A stretch of 64,000 bases of DNA from Octopus bimaculoides (Eukaryota), in assembly GCF_001194135.2 (NCBI RefSeq), contig NC_068999.1:38193677-38257676 (forward strand), written 5' to 3'. Shown here piece after piece: positions 51,956 to 64,000 of this stretch. Under the pieces are notes generated by a model, which had not been told where the DNA came from, made no database searches, and worked only from the letters and a program-made list of their open reading frames with translations. The translations under genes and the position numbers were made by a program. Position 1 is the stretch's first letter. Each line of letters starts with the position of its first letter.

Positions 51956-52444
51956 AATATTAATATTCATATTAATATTTATTATATGATATCAAAACAT
52001 TATAGAATTATGGGTTTTGTTTTCTTTGTCCTTATCTTTCTCATTGTCATATTTTCAACCAGACCTGTTATCACCATATATTCTCATATGTACAATATGT
52101 GTGGATGTGTATAAATCGAAGTATGCTTGTATGTACATATGTATGTATTTGTATATGTATGTTAACATGTACATATGTATGCTAATTTATGCATGACAAT
52201 TGAGATAGGAGAGTTCAATACAATTTTTCTGTAATGGATATTGTTTCATTGCGTCTGAAAGTTTGTTTCATTCTATGGTGCTCTGCAGGCGAGAAGTATT
52301 ACAGTCCAGCATCCTTTCGTGTGTGTGTGTGTATTTAGTCTAGTGCTTCTGTTTATTCTTGTACGAAATTCTATTATTCTTTTACTGTAACTTCAAATCA
52401 GAGGCAGTAAGATATTGTCTAAATCTACACCGAATATTTGCAGT

Positions 52445-52660
52445 TCCGTTTAGACACGGTTCCAGCTAAGTCATACGCTCTCCAAGTTCTCTCTTAGAAC
52501 ACACTGCATCCCATCTTTCCTCATATCTTTTTTTAATCTTCCTCTCTCGAACAATATTTTGGAACTCCTTCCAATACCAACCAGTGAGGAGCGTAGCCTT
52601 CTCGGTAGTCTTTCGATCCGGAAGCATTTGCAGCCAAACTAACTTCGGAATTTTACTCTG
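52445..52660 (-). mobile_element. Possible RTE-clade LINE ORF2 C-terminus, decayed
   Basis: ERLPRRLRSSLVGIGRS..RLKKDMRKDGM..ENLESV loosely fits RTE C-termini (RLPKxxLxGxLxxGxR..KDxLK). Confidence 0.35.
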
Positions 52661-52839
52661 CTATCTTGAAAAATACTTTTGAGTATGCTATCTAAGTTCT
52701 TCCTGTTCGTGTTGGTGTTTATTTAGAGCTATGGCGATAAAGAAGATGCTGCCATATTGTTACTTGCTTTTGTGGATTCCATTTTCTATCTCATGTGAAA
52801 TATAGCTTCTACAAATCTTTCAACAAGAGCTATTTGCCA

Positions 52840-53090
52840 TATATATATTATGTATGTATATATATTATGTATGTAAGTATATATATATATATATATTATG
52901 TATGTATATATATTATGTATGTAAGTATATATATGTATATATATTATGTATGTAAGTGTATATATATGTATATATATTATGTATGTAAGTGTATATATAT
53001 ATATATATATATATATATTATGTATGTAAGTATATATATATATATATTATGTATGTACATATATATATATACATATATATATATGCGTGA
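52840..53090. repeat. Minisatellite with a TATTATGTATGTA(AG) core (about 8 copies)
   Basis: Directly visible. Confidence 0.9.
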
Positions 53091-53671
53091 GTGCGCATTA
53101 TATATGTTTATATATAATACATATGTCATCCGTCCATCTTTCTTTATTTCCTTTCTTTATTTCTTTCCCTCTATCTAGCTGTCTATCTACCTAGCTATCT
53201 GTATATATGTATATTTAGGTGTGTGTGCGTGTGTGTATTTATACATATTTTTTTCAGTTGTTATGTATGAAATCTTTTAGATGTATTTTTCTGTTGGTTG
53301 ATGTTGGCTTTTAAATGAAGAGTCAGAACTGAAAATTTTTATCAAAACAGTGTCGAGAAGTATAAAACTGTTTTTAATTTTAATGTGAAAAATAAACGTT
53401 GCTTTACTTTCTCACCTTTCTTATAAAGAATCACCCAAACAAGAGAAGAAAAAAAATAAGTAAAACATTTTAACTAAGTTATCTTTAACAAACAACACAT
53501 TTTTTTTCATTTTATTTATATCTTTCTCCATCAACTAATGTGAAGCATTCGGTTTTTTTCACCCCACACTTTGCTTACTCCACTCCTTATTTCAAGCAAG
53601 ATCAACATATCAACCGTGCAAAAACAACAAACATATAGCGTGCGTGTGTGTGTACAAGCCTAAATATATAT

Positions 53672-53721
<50 letters not shown>

Positions 53722-54689
53722 CGATGCAAAAAATAGAACATTTTATTTTCCAAAATGTTAAAAGTATTTTCTGTTCTGCGGAAGCAGATATAGAATTTAA
53801 AAACGTAGAATATCGTTTTCTGACTGGGTTTTCTAACAAACACTTGAGATTCAATGAAAAATAAACAAATAAATATATAAATAGATAAATAAATAAATAC
53901 CATTATCACGTTTGAATATCTTTTAATAACATATATAAAGTGGAGACTTCCAGTCTCTAGTTGCAGATGGTAATTGTAAACAGCTTACAATATATTTAAT
54001 GGCTTGGTGTTCGCATCGCGGCACTGACAGCCGTCCTTTTTCGCAACCAACACACTGAACTTTCCTTGGTTCCGTTTAGTCATTGTGTAAGATATTTTGG
54101 TAAGATATTTGTTCTGGTTTTCTCTTCTCTGTGTTCATATCATAAGGTTTTCTTTGCTTTTTATCTTTCGGTATTCGATAATTAAAGTACAAATCTTGAG
54201 CAGAAGATTGGTATTTACCTTACTGAATTGGCCGAGCGTCGAATAAAGTGACATGTGGTATTTATATTCGGTTCTGTGCAATCTGCTTTCAAAATCCTGC
54301 TTACTCAAGCATTATAGAACAGCGGCAACTTCCTGATAGAAGAAACAAAATAAAAACGATAGCAAATGGAAATTTAGGAGGTGCAAGGGGATAACCATTT
54401 TGATGGAGATAATAAAGAAGAGGGTGAAGTGGAGTCAGTGGTTGGGTGGAAGAAGACGATGACGACGATAATGACGACGACGACGGCTTCGTCGACGACA
54501 TGGAAATAAAAAGCCGGGTTAAAAACGTCACTAGTATAAATATTGGTTAAGAGAGCCAACAGGCGTCCTCTATGTGGTTGCCTTCTCCAGGCCCTGTGAT
54601 TATTTTTCTTTCTTGTATTTAAATAGGGAAGTTTCCCCCGAAATATTATAAAATCATTATTCAACCTTTGCATGGTAGCACGGTATCTT

Positions 54690-54850
54690 TATCCTTCTTT
54701 TCATTCCTTGCATGTTTTGATTGAGATGCCTCCTGCTTTGCTCATGGGTTTTCAAAAACTTATCAGATTTACATGTATTGCATCCTTGCAGAAGGACCGA
54801 ATCCGGTACCGAGTGGTTGAGAAGCAAACTTACCTGACCACACACCGAAA
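54690..54850 (-). mobile_element. SINE family B remnant
   Basis: gcagaaggaccgaatccggtaccgagtggttgagaagcaaactt..accacac resembles the antisense family B head. Confidence 0.5.
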
Positions 54851-55415
54851 TTTATTGCAAATGAATCCGACATTCAAGCATTCCTTTCGATAAGATGTTG
54901 CGATGCCATTGTGATTGTTGCAGCTGATGCTGTTGTTGCTGCTGAAGCTGATGATGCTGATAGGGAAGGGAAGGATGGGGAGGAAGATGTTGTTGTTGCT
55001 GCTGTTGTCCATTTCCTGAACATTATCGCTATTCCTCGTTCCGATGTGAAATCTCTGTCGATTAATTTTCTGTAATTCCTGAAACCAAAAATCCTGTGTT
55101 TTTAAATTTAATTTAATTTTATTCATTTAAAATATTTTTTTTATTGTTTTCATTCTTTTAAATTTGATTGATATTTCCCCTCTTTTATTTAATGGTTGAG
55201 ATTGTGAAACGAGCCGTTTTGTCAATAATAATGTTCCATCTTACAAGTACCAGTCTATAAGCTAGGTTCCCCAACAAGGGTACCAGTAATATTCTAGGTA
55301 TTATACAAATTCTAATACCAACTTTCTGATCGTATTCGAATATCAGAAACCACTATCTTAAATCTCGTTGATGTTCACATTTACCTTTCATTATCATCAT
55401 CATCCTTATTTAGTC

Positions 55416-55600
55416 CGGGAGCTAGCAGAATTGTTAGTACGACAAACTTGCGTCCGGCTTTTTCGATCAAAGTTCAAATCCCGCCAAGGTTGACTTTACC
55501 ATTTATCCTTTCGGGGTCGATAAAATAAGTAACAGTTGAGCACTGGGGTCGATGGAGTCGACTTACCCCATCCTTGAGACTGCTGGCCTTGTGCTAAAAT
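55416..55600 (+). mobile_element. SINE family A
   Basis: gggagctagcagaattgttag..aagttcaaatcccgccaaggttgacttt..cctttcggggtcgataaaataag..cactggggtcgat..ggccttgtgc. Confidence 0.85.
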
Positions 55601-55879
55601 AACTGAAGATGTTACACTTTTATCCTTTTCATATTCCAGATCTTACATATGTAGCTGAACTGAAGCGAAATGAAAAACAAAATGAAAAAAAATCTAAATT
55701 GGTAAATAATTTTGACTTAGCCGTGGACAGCGAAAAGTATAGTTTATATACATATATACATGCATACACACACACACACACATGTATACATACATACATA
55801 CATACATGTATGTATATATATGTATGTACGTATGTGCATGTGTGCATATGTACATGTGTGCGTATGTATATATATATGC

Positions 55880-55925
<46 letters not shown>

Positions 55926-56634
55926 GCGTAAATTTTATCGTTTTAATTCATCTTTTATTTCCTATAAAGTGCACCATATCTGTTAAACATATTAAAAGAA
56001 GGAAAATAAGCAATACCATATTTCGATTATATTTGAAAGTAAAGTTTGGATCAAGTGGGTGGNNNNNNNNNNNNNNNNNNNNNNNNNNNNNNNNNNNNNN
56101 NNNNNNNNNNNNNNNNNNNNNNNNNNNNNNNNNNNNNNNNNNNNNNNNNNNNNNNNNNNNNNNNNNNNNNNNNNNNNNNNNNNNNNNNNNNNNNNNNNNN
56201 NNNNNNNNNNNNNNNNNNNNNNNNNNNNNNNNNNNNNNNNNNNNNNNNNNNNNNNNNNNNNNNNNNNNNNNNNNNNNNNNNNNNNNNNNNNNNNNNNNNN
56301 NNNNNNNNNNNNNNNNNNNNNNNNNNNNNNNNNNNNNNNNNNNNNNNNNNNNNNNNNNNNNNNNNNNNNNNNNNNNNNNNNNNNNNNNNNNNNNNNNNNN
56401 NNNNNNNNNNNNNNNNNNNNNNNNNNNNNNNNNNNNNNNNNNNNNNNNNNNNNNNNNNNNNNNNNNNNNNNNNNNNNNNNNNNNNNNNNNNNNNNNNNNN
56501 NNNNNNNNNNNNNNNNNNNNNNNNNNNNNNNNNNNNNNNNNNNNNNNNNNNNNNNNNNNNNNNTTATATAAATGAAGTAAAAAGAGGTAGTCAGGATTTT
56601 GGATAACCATTTATTTAGTATTTTCATCTCTTTT

Positions 56635-56700
56635 CTGGAAACTGATGATTCTCAGAACAGAGTCGAAAGCGCTAAATAAACAATTGTCCAAAATACTTGC
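56635..56700 (+). mobile_element. Penelope-like terminal repeat remnant with a hammerhead core
   Basis: CTGATGA (56642-56648), tt-CTC-agaaca-GAG-tc, GAAA (56665-56668), then the palindrome AGCGCT. Confidence 0.4.
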
Positions 56701-56761
56701 TAACTCTTTTTTCTTAATATATGAAATTTGTACATCACTTCAAACAATGTATGCATATATA

Positions 56762-56850
56762 CGGGGGGTGGTGCTAAAACGTTTCTGGCTTTGGGTAAAA
56801 AAAAAAAAAATACTAGAGGATCAGTTAATTATGATTTTATTCACCATATA
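56762..56850. mobile_element. Mariner terminal (TIR) fragment
   Basis: TA followed by cggggggtggtgctaaaacgtttctggc resembles TACGAGGG..AAAAGT mariner TIRs. Family recognised from memory. Confidence 0.45.
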
Positions 56851-57786
56851 GAATGGCTGTTAGAATTTTCAGTTTCATACAGTTTTAAAGTAGATTATAA
56901 ACTACCAAATTTTCCCTAAAAACACCTTTTCATCAACCAAAAACAGGATGAGGTATATCATTTAATAAATATTATTCTTTTTATACAGAATCAATTTTAA
57001 ACTTTACGTATATTTGAAAATTAATGTTTCAGCCTTCCCCCTGTCCTGTGTCAAATTTTAGGATTAATTTCCGATTTCCGACGATATTTGAACACTTTAT
57101 AGATGCTTGAAGTCTTTTTTTTTTTATTTGATTTTCAAAATAATTCATGCTTACGCATCAAATGTATTCATATTCGTTGTCGGTTTATACAATCTCTCTA
57201 TATATAATCAATAATACATTATAGCATTGAAATCGTGCTACAAAAAATACTGAGAGATAATTTTTGCACACTAGAATTATGTAACTTGGATTGAGATTAG
57301 ATTAGAAATAGCTACTTCAGCGCATGAGGTAAATTACTTTTGGGTGTGATTGGGGTTGTTTTAAGGGCCGGAAGGAGTTGTGGTGAGGTGTAAATAGAAA
57401 GGAAAAATTTTAAAATCATCTGTTGATGTGAATATATATGCGTGTATGAGTTTGTGTGTTTGTATAATAAAGCAAAGTGTGACAAATTTACAAACAACTT
57501 GCTAGTAGTTTAGTATTCGAATTAGTTGCTGAGGACATGTTATATATGCAAGTTGATCTACCCAGTTTTCTTTAGCTAGTTATAATAGGGAGTTTACGAG
57601 TAAAATGATTGTGAACAATATAAGAAAAGACAATCAGTGGTGAAATCGCAATCCAAGTATCAAAGATTATATTTCCGATTGTTCACTATCTTTTGTTCAT
57701 CAGAGCCGAGGTTCACGAGAATGCAAACAACAGAGACGTAAGCAATATAGTGTTTCTTAAACAAAACTCCAAAGATATATTCCATA

Positions 57787-57828
<42 letters not shown>

Positions 57829-59609
57829 GTAAATACATTCATGTATGTGCGTATGTAAATATATATATATATATATATATATANNNNNNNNNNNNNNNNN
57901 NNNNNNNNNNNNNNNNNNNNNNTATATATATCAAAACAGTTTGATTCAAACTCGTTAGTACTCTACGTGTCAAGCGTGTAGCTAGTCTTCGGCCATTGGG
58001 GTCTGAATGAGGCTTCGATTGAAGAGAGCCAATGTTTACTACTGGACGTAGCCTGCGATTTGTCGGGAAAGGTTATGCGGTATAACAGTCCGATGTTGGT
58101 ATTTCCGCAACAACAATTAGTTGGTAAATACCGCATGGTAAACATGAAATCGGTCGTGTAGCTGGGGGAAGTAGGAAGAGGTAGTAGATGTAGGGCTAAA
58201 TAAGTATGTACCTGTATATCCATGTGACTTTTATTTTTTACGATCCCTGTGCGGTTGAGATTTTCAATTTTCGGCAATTTTCTAGCAGCTTTTAGTAAAA
58301 AATAAAAACGTTGAATTTTTGTTATAATACTCGCTATCGCCCATCAAATGTGAAAATGCTATAATATATCATTTTAAGTGATGTTGCACCATGTAGAATG
58401 CCTCATATTCGAATTTTTTTATGTGTGAGGACAGATATTTATCATCCACCCGAGCCTGTTAGATTAAAATTTTCTTTATTTTTCTTAAACCCCTTCAGGC
58501 AGTTTATAAGGTGTAAATCTTAGCTGAAATTTTCCGTCTAACCAATCAAACCTGCTGAAATACATCATTTAAAGGAAATTGCAACTTTTAGAATACATAA
58601 TTTACGGCATTTGTCATATGCAAGAATGGATATTTTTTTACCAGATCTACCCGTTCTTAGTCTCACCATTCTACCCAGATGAAAAAAAGAATTATCGTTT
58701 GCAGCGTAGATCAGATGAGAAATTTGTAATTTTTACCATTTCTATCGTGATTACTCTGTTGGATCTGTGAGCTCTAAGAGATCCCCCGTGGCTATTCCAG
58801 CTAAAACAGCGTTAAAAGCATTGTTATCAATCACTACTCAAAATTTTGTAAATCCGTGAACACGCCTCTAACGACCAATCTAATTTATAAATTCGATTGC
58901 AAACAGGAAAATTTTAAACTCCACAATTCACATTTCTATATTTCACATACAAGTGTTCAACATGCAATGGAAGAAGTAATTGAAATGCATCATTCAAAAC
59001 AAAACACAGAAGTAGACGGGAACACATTAAACAGGCACGACACACACCCACACACTTACTCTACAGAATTCCTCATATGCACATAGGATTGCTGATGGAA
59101 GCAGTACTCGCAAGTCAAGGCTGAGAAAGACAAACCGGTAAAACACAATAGTTACAAACACTTGAATGATGACGAATGAATATAACAAGAAAATATTCAA
59201 AATTCCGACACTAATATTGAGAGCAATCATATTGGCTCTGACTACACTAAGGAGATAGCAATATACGCTAACATCACTCATCCTGTAGATGAAATTATGA
59301 CCATCTAGATACATTAGGGTAATAACTGGAAATTTTGCTGTTCCAAACTATAAAGAATTCATTCAAAAATATGACTAAACTTTTATGAAGGTAAAACAAT
59401 AGTTTGTTTTTTTTTTCTAAAGGAAAGGCTGTTCTCTTTTTCTCCTTCCTCTGCTTCTCTCTCTCTCTCTCACTCACAATTGATCGATGAAAGTATAACA
59501 GTTAAGTATGCAGAAGAAGTGGATATGCAGGAAACGTATAATGTACTTCAAATATAAATTGAACATGTATTAAATGCAGAAATCATTTAAGAGTGTCAAC
59601 GACTGAAGT

Positions 59610-60050
59610 TAAGCGGGGTTTTCTTAATTCCTTTAAGAACATTTTCCGTCAAACCACAAAAGAATATCGAAAGTTTCTCAGTCAAAACATATTAAAGTAT
59701 CATATTCCATTGTCCATAATTTTAGCGAGCTCTAAAGTATTTGAATTAATAACTTAGACAAATTTTGGTTGGAAAACTATATATAATTATATGAATACCA
59801 ATACTTGAAGGAAATTACGAAGTCAAAGAATCACTTCATTGTGCCAGTCAACACCAAACCGACCGCGATTTTATAAATAGGCTTACTCGCCAATTCTTTT
59901 GAAAATAATAAGAGATTATAACTCACATACATTTGAAACCTTGAACAGAGAAGCTGATACCTTGCCATAGAGCCATATTTCAAATCTAAATTCTAGCAAA
60001 ACGTCTTTTAAGGTAAAATGGAGAATTCTTTCAGTCATAAGAGCTCAATC
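59610..60050 (+). mobile_element. Decayed Penelope-like linker and GIY-YIG endonuclease region
   Basis: Frame-hopping pieces FLNSFKNIF..YRKF, IKVSYSIVHNF, LEGN and NLNSSKTSFKVKWRIL match PLE C-terminal motifs (KVSYS, WxIL). Confidence 0.5.
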
Positions 60051-61837
60051 TAACAAAAAGAAAACCCTATCATCCTTGTAGCTCCGAGAACTTTTCCCAA
60101 CAACCAATTATTGAACACTGAATCAATCTCTTCCTGAAAGCGTAGGATTTTTAAGACGTTCAAATATTTCGCAATTAATATTTTTTTCTAATTATGGAGT
60201 AATTATTCAATATACAGCCACATTCTTGTTTAGTTTATTAATACATTATTTTCTAATGTTTATATTCTTTTTCAATAATTTCTCTCTTGAAAGAAAGTAA
60301 TTTCAACATAGATGTCACCTGCACAAATCAAAGCAGTATAATCTCCACTAACAGCAATTATTAGTTCTACGTCATAACTTCTTTACTTAGTATTAATAAA
60401 TTCACAGAATCTATGCAGTAGCATCGTATAAACCCAGATCTTAGATTCTAGTTATGCTCTACCCTTTAATACATTTATTTGATTGCTTAAACTAAATTAA
60501 TGTCCTCCACTTTCCAAATTTATTCAATTATTGAATTTACAACCTACATATTCCAATTAAACTATTAATTTATTTTGCTTCATTAAATATTGTATTACTG
60601 CAGTCAACTTTATTCCAACTTGTTTATTTATTACATCTAATTAAACTGGTGGTTGCATGTTCTCCTACCCAATATTCACTGCAAGTTATGTAATCTTGTA
60701 CAGTGACTCATTCAAAATTTCCATCTTTACTTCCAAACATTTTCATTTCTATTTCGTATAATCCACTTTCAAGTTACCATATAATAATTTATATTCTATA
60801 TTATATTCAAATATATTCTTATATATTATCTTTTAATTTTATACTACAGACTTATTTAGATAATAAATGAAACTGATACCATGAGAAAGCAGTGTGTCTG
60901 AATGGTTAACAGGCTCACTTGGCATTCCCGAAGATTTGAGTTCGAACTGACTGTATGACATCTTTGAGCATCATCTCAGATTGCACAACTCTAGTGAAAT
61001 TGAACAAACGGAAATGGCATGGATGCGACATCCAAGTTATTGGATGAATTCTACCAATAACTTAATGTTCCAGCTTTGTCATATTCTGTTGCATGGATTC
61101 CACCTGAGAATTTTATTATTTGTGCATGTGTCTGTAGAATACTCAGCCATTTGCACGCTAATTCAATGAACAGGCAATTCAGAGGATCAAATAATTGAAT
61201 AGTCATTGTCGAAACCGATGGAAATCCATTTTACTTTGCCGATGCTTCAGCTTTGTAAAAAGTAATTGTTGTTTCAAGATGTGCAAGATTGTTCTTCATT
61301 GTATTATTAGATAACATTTATTTTTATAAAGCTGCAACATGAAGATGACATACACATATCGCAGATATGATCCAAAACTGAAAACCATTTTTTGTCTTGT
61401 TTTAAGAGATAAAATTTTTCGATAATATGATATCACTCTTTGAACGTATACAAACTTTCTTGAAGTAACATGTAGTTAATACACACATACATATTACTAA
61501 TTTGATACAGCACTGTAAAAGATAGTTATTTTGAGATAGTCGTATTTTATATCCTTTTATTTGTATACCTTAGCTTGAATATTTTGCACATTTTCTTGAA
61601 ACATGTAACCTCGTTCTATATCTTTTATATTTTTATTCTAATTTAATCCACATTAATCTTATCTTATAACCATTTATATTCCGAAACATACGCCAATAAA
61701 TTCTGTTTTCCACATTTTTCTTTTAATTTGCTGCCATTTGGTCTTTTTGGTGCGTGGGGATTGTCGGTTAAATATCTTTGTTTCACCGTATACCGTATTA
61801 TTCTTTGTTACAACTTGAAGTTTACACATATATATAT

Positions 61838-61877
<40 letters not shown>

Positions 61878-61989
61878 AACACATATATACTTACATTCAT
61901 CCATTTATATGGGATTTTCATTGATATTGCAATTGTTTCCATTCATGTTAACGTAATTTTTTGTTGATATTAATATCATCATTATTATG

Positions 61990-62990
61990 TATTCGAAAGT
62001 TCCAAAGAATCGTTATATTTACTCCCTCAGTTACAGCCTCGGGTTGGTGCATATACTATTTGTCAGCAGTTTTAATTTTATAATACCGACATATTAACCA
62101 GGGCAGATATTGACCAACTGTGCCATGTCTTAATTCATATTCCACTTGTACTAAAACTCAGAGATTACGTGGTCCATTGTTTCAAACTCAGCGTTGCAGA
62201 ATCGGCATTTTGAATCCACTCCATTTTTCATTACATTATCTTGAGAGTTCCGGGTCAATAAGCTCTGATCTTGAGCAGCTAAGATGAAGCTTTTACTCTC
62301 TGCCTTAAGCTCTGAGCTTCATAGCCACTGATAGGTGTGCTTCTGGTCAACATTACCTTGTTTACTACGGGCCACACATTTACCATGCAGAGGCTTCTGC
62401 TCCCACCTACCAGCCAATTGTTCATGTGATTTTTGTTTTTGCCATTAATTTAAGTTTTTTTTTGCACTTCCCCGCACTTCCTTCACGCTGTTCAGCTTGG
62501 GTATCATTCACGAAATCAATAGCAAATTTTCTGCTCTCCTTCAAGATAGACTAAAGTTTCTTACCCCTCGCGTGATCTTCATCGAGTTTTAGTAGCCAGT
62601 CGTTAGTTGTTTCAAGTCCAATTTTGCCAGTCTAATTGTAGTGGTTTTATAAGAAACTTCAAAGTAGATCAAGGTTCAGCCTCCTTGGATTCTGTGAAGG
62701 TATAGACGATCCGTGTTTGCCTTTGGCTGATGCGTCTTGTTACCAGTCATCAACTTACGAATGTTTCATTCAATTGCTTTTATTTCACTGATATTCCAGT
62801 TCAACACAATGAAGCTATAAGTAACAACAGGAACTGACAAGGAATCTATGGCCAACACCTTTGTTATGTGCATTTTGTTCATATTTCGTTACTCTCCTAT
62901 GACATTCCGCCAAGACCTGGTGTTCTATCTTAAGTTTGAAGAGAGGTTATATGCCCGCAGTCATTGGAGTCTGACGAGTCATCTATAAGG
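61990..62990 (-). mobile_element. R4/Dong-like LINE: RT C-terminal region to zinc knuckle (about 1 kb, longest LINE fragment in the window)
   Basis: KVLAIDSLSVPVVTYSF..WNISEIKAI..KANTDRLYLHRIQGG..WEQKPLHGK..FILAAQDQSLLTRN..SKCRFCNAEFETMDHVISE..ILWNFRIH. Confidence 0.93.
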
Positions 62991-63185
62991 CATCTTTATG
63001 GGTGCGAAACCATTTGTCACTCTGTGATCGGCCATATAATTAACTTCCTCTAAATACTGCTCTCTTAGTGTGCTTCTTTTACGGATATATGATCCACTGA
63101 TGATATATAGATATATGTATGCATGTATACATACGAGGTAAATTTATGTACATACATACAAGAATGCAAGCACACAACATACACA

Positions 63186-63219
<34 letters not shown>

Positions 63220-63699
63220 CTTTATACAAATAATTATATGTACGTATGTATGTATGCATTTACGTATGTGAATATATGCGTGTCTGTGTGTGTGCATTAA
63301 TAGCACACGAAATGTAGCGAGGCATTTTCTTTATTAAATAATTTCTTTCTTTTATCACTAGTCTTTCTTTCCTTTTCGGATGGATTTAATTTCGTTTCGT
63401 TTCCGGTTCGTTTTTTTTTTCTCTTGTTTTTCTTTGCTTTCTTTTTTATTATTTATTTATATGTTTGTTTGTTTTTGTTGATCTTCAATTTCTAGAGTTC
63501 TCTTTTTTTATTTTCTCTCTTTGGTTTCGTTTTTTGTTAATCAATTTAAGCCTATTTCTCATTTTCCTATTTGCCATTTTTGCTATTATTGTTATTGTCG
63601 TTCATCCTGATGAAGTTGTTTGTTCTTATTATTGCCTCCACCTTTTCATTTCGTTTACTTTTATTATTTCTCAAGCTTGTTAGTCTGTAAATTGGTTAC

Positions 63700-63945
63700 G
63701 TAAACTGTACATTTCAAACAGACAAAACAAACGTCAGCCTGTGTAAAAACACACACGCACATTTGCACACACACACATACACACACATCCATATATATGT
63801 GTGAAATTCGTATTTATATATATATATATGTATATATGTACTTATATATGCATATATGTATGCATATAATGTGTGTGTGTGTGTGTGGAAGTATATATAT
63901 GCATGTATAAGCATGTATATGTACGCATACATATGCATAAGTATA

Positions 63946-64000
<55 letters not shown>
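63700..64000. repeat. Compound (CA)/(TA) microsatellite running to the window end
   Basis: Directly visible. Confidence 0.9.

Noticed and set aside
57963-58277. 104-aa minus-strand ORF with NCCCGN
   Set aside because: At best a faint echo of the Cys-rich PLE linker. No motif is strong enough to call.

Overview
AT-rich, microsatellite-saturated animal genomic DNA with 12 N-gaps. It is most likely Octopus; this is inferred from my recollection of the SINE families plus the extreme (TA)/(CA)/(CT)/(AAT) load. No complete protein-coding gene, tRNA, rRNA or CRISPR array can be supported, and almost all ORFs in the supplied track are repeat artefacts. What the sequence does support is a dense transposon graveyard. 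It includes many 3' fragments of RLE-type (R4/Dong-like) non-LTR retrotransposons, often stacked head-to-tail at (AAT)n. It also includes Penelope-like RT and GIY-YIG fragments, with several terminal repeats carrying hammerhead-ribozyme core remnants; mariner transposase fragments; a Tc1/mariner-type MITE; and at least three tRNA-headed or related SINE families. A few unique stretches have good splice signals and are reported only as low-confidence orphan exons (2903-3163 minus; 15620-15817, 34168-34290 and 50564-50896 plus). I found no convincing new biological system. The best leads are the Dong-like arrays, the hammerhead candidate at 10246-10279 and the in-frame 201-nt intron with a single UAG.
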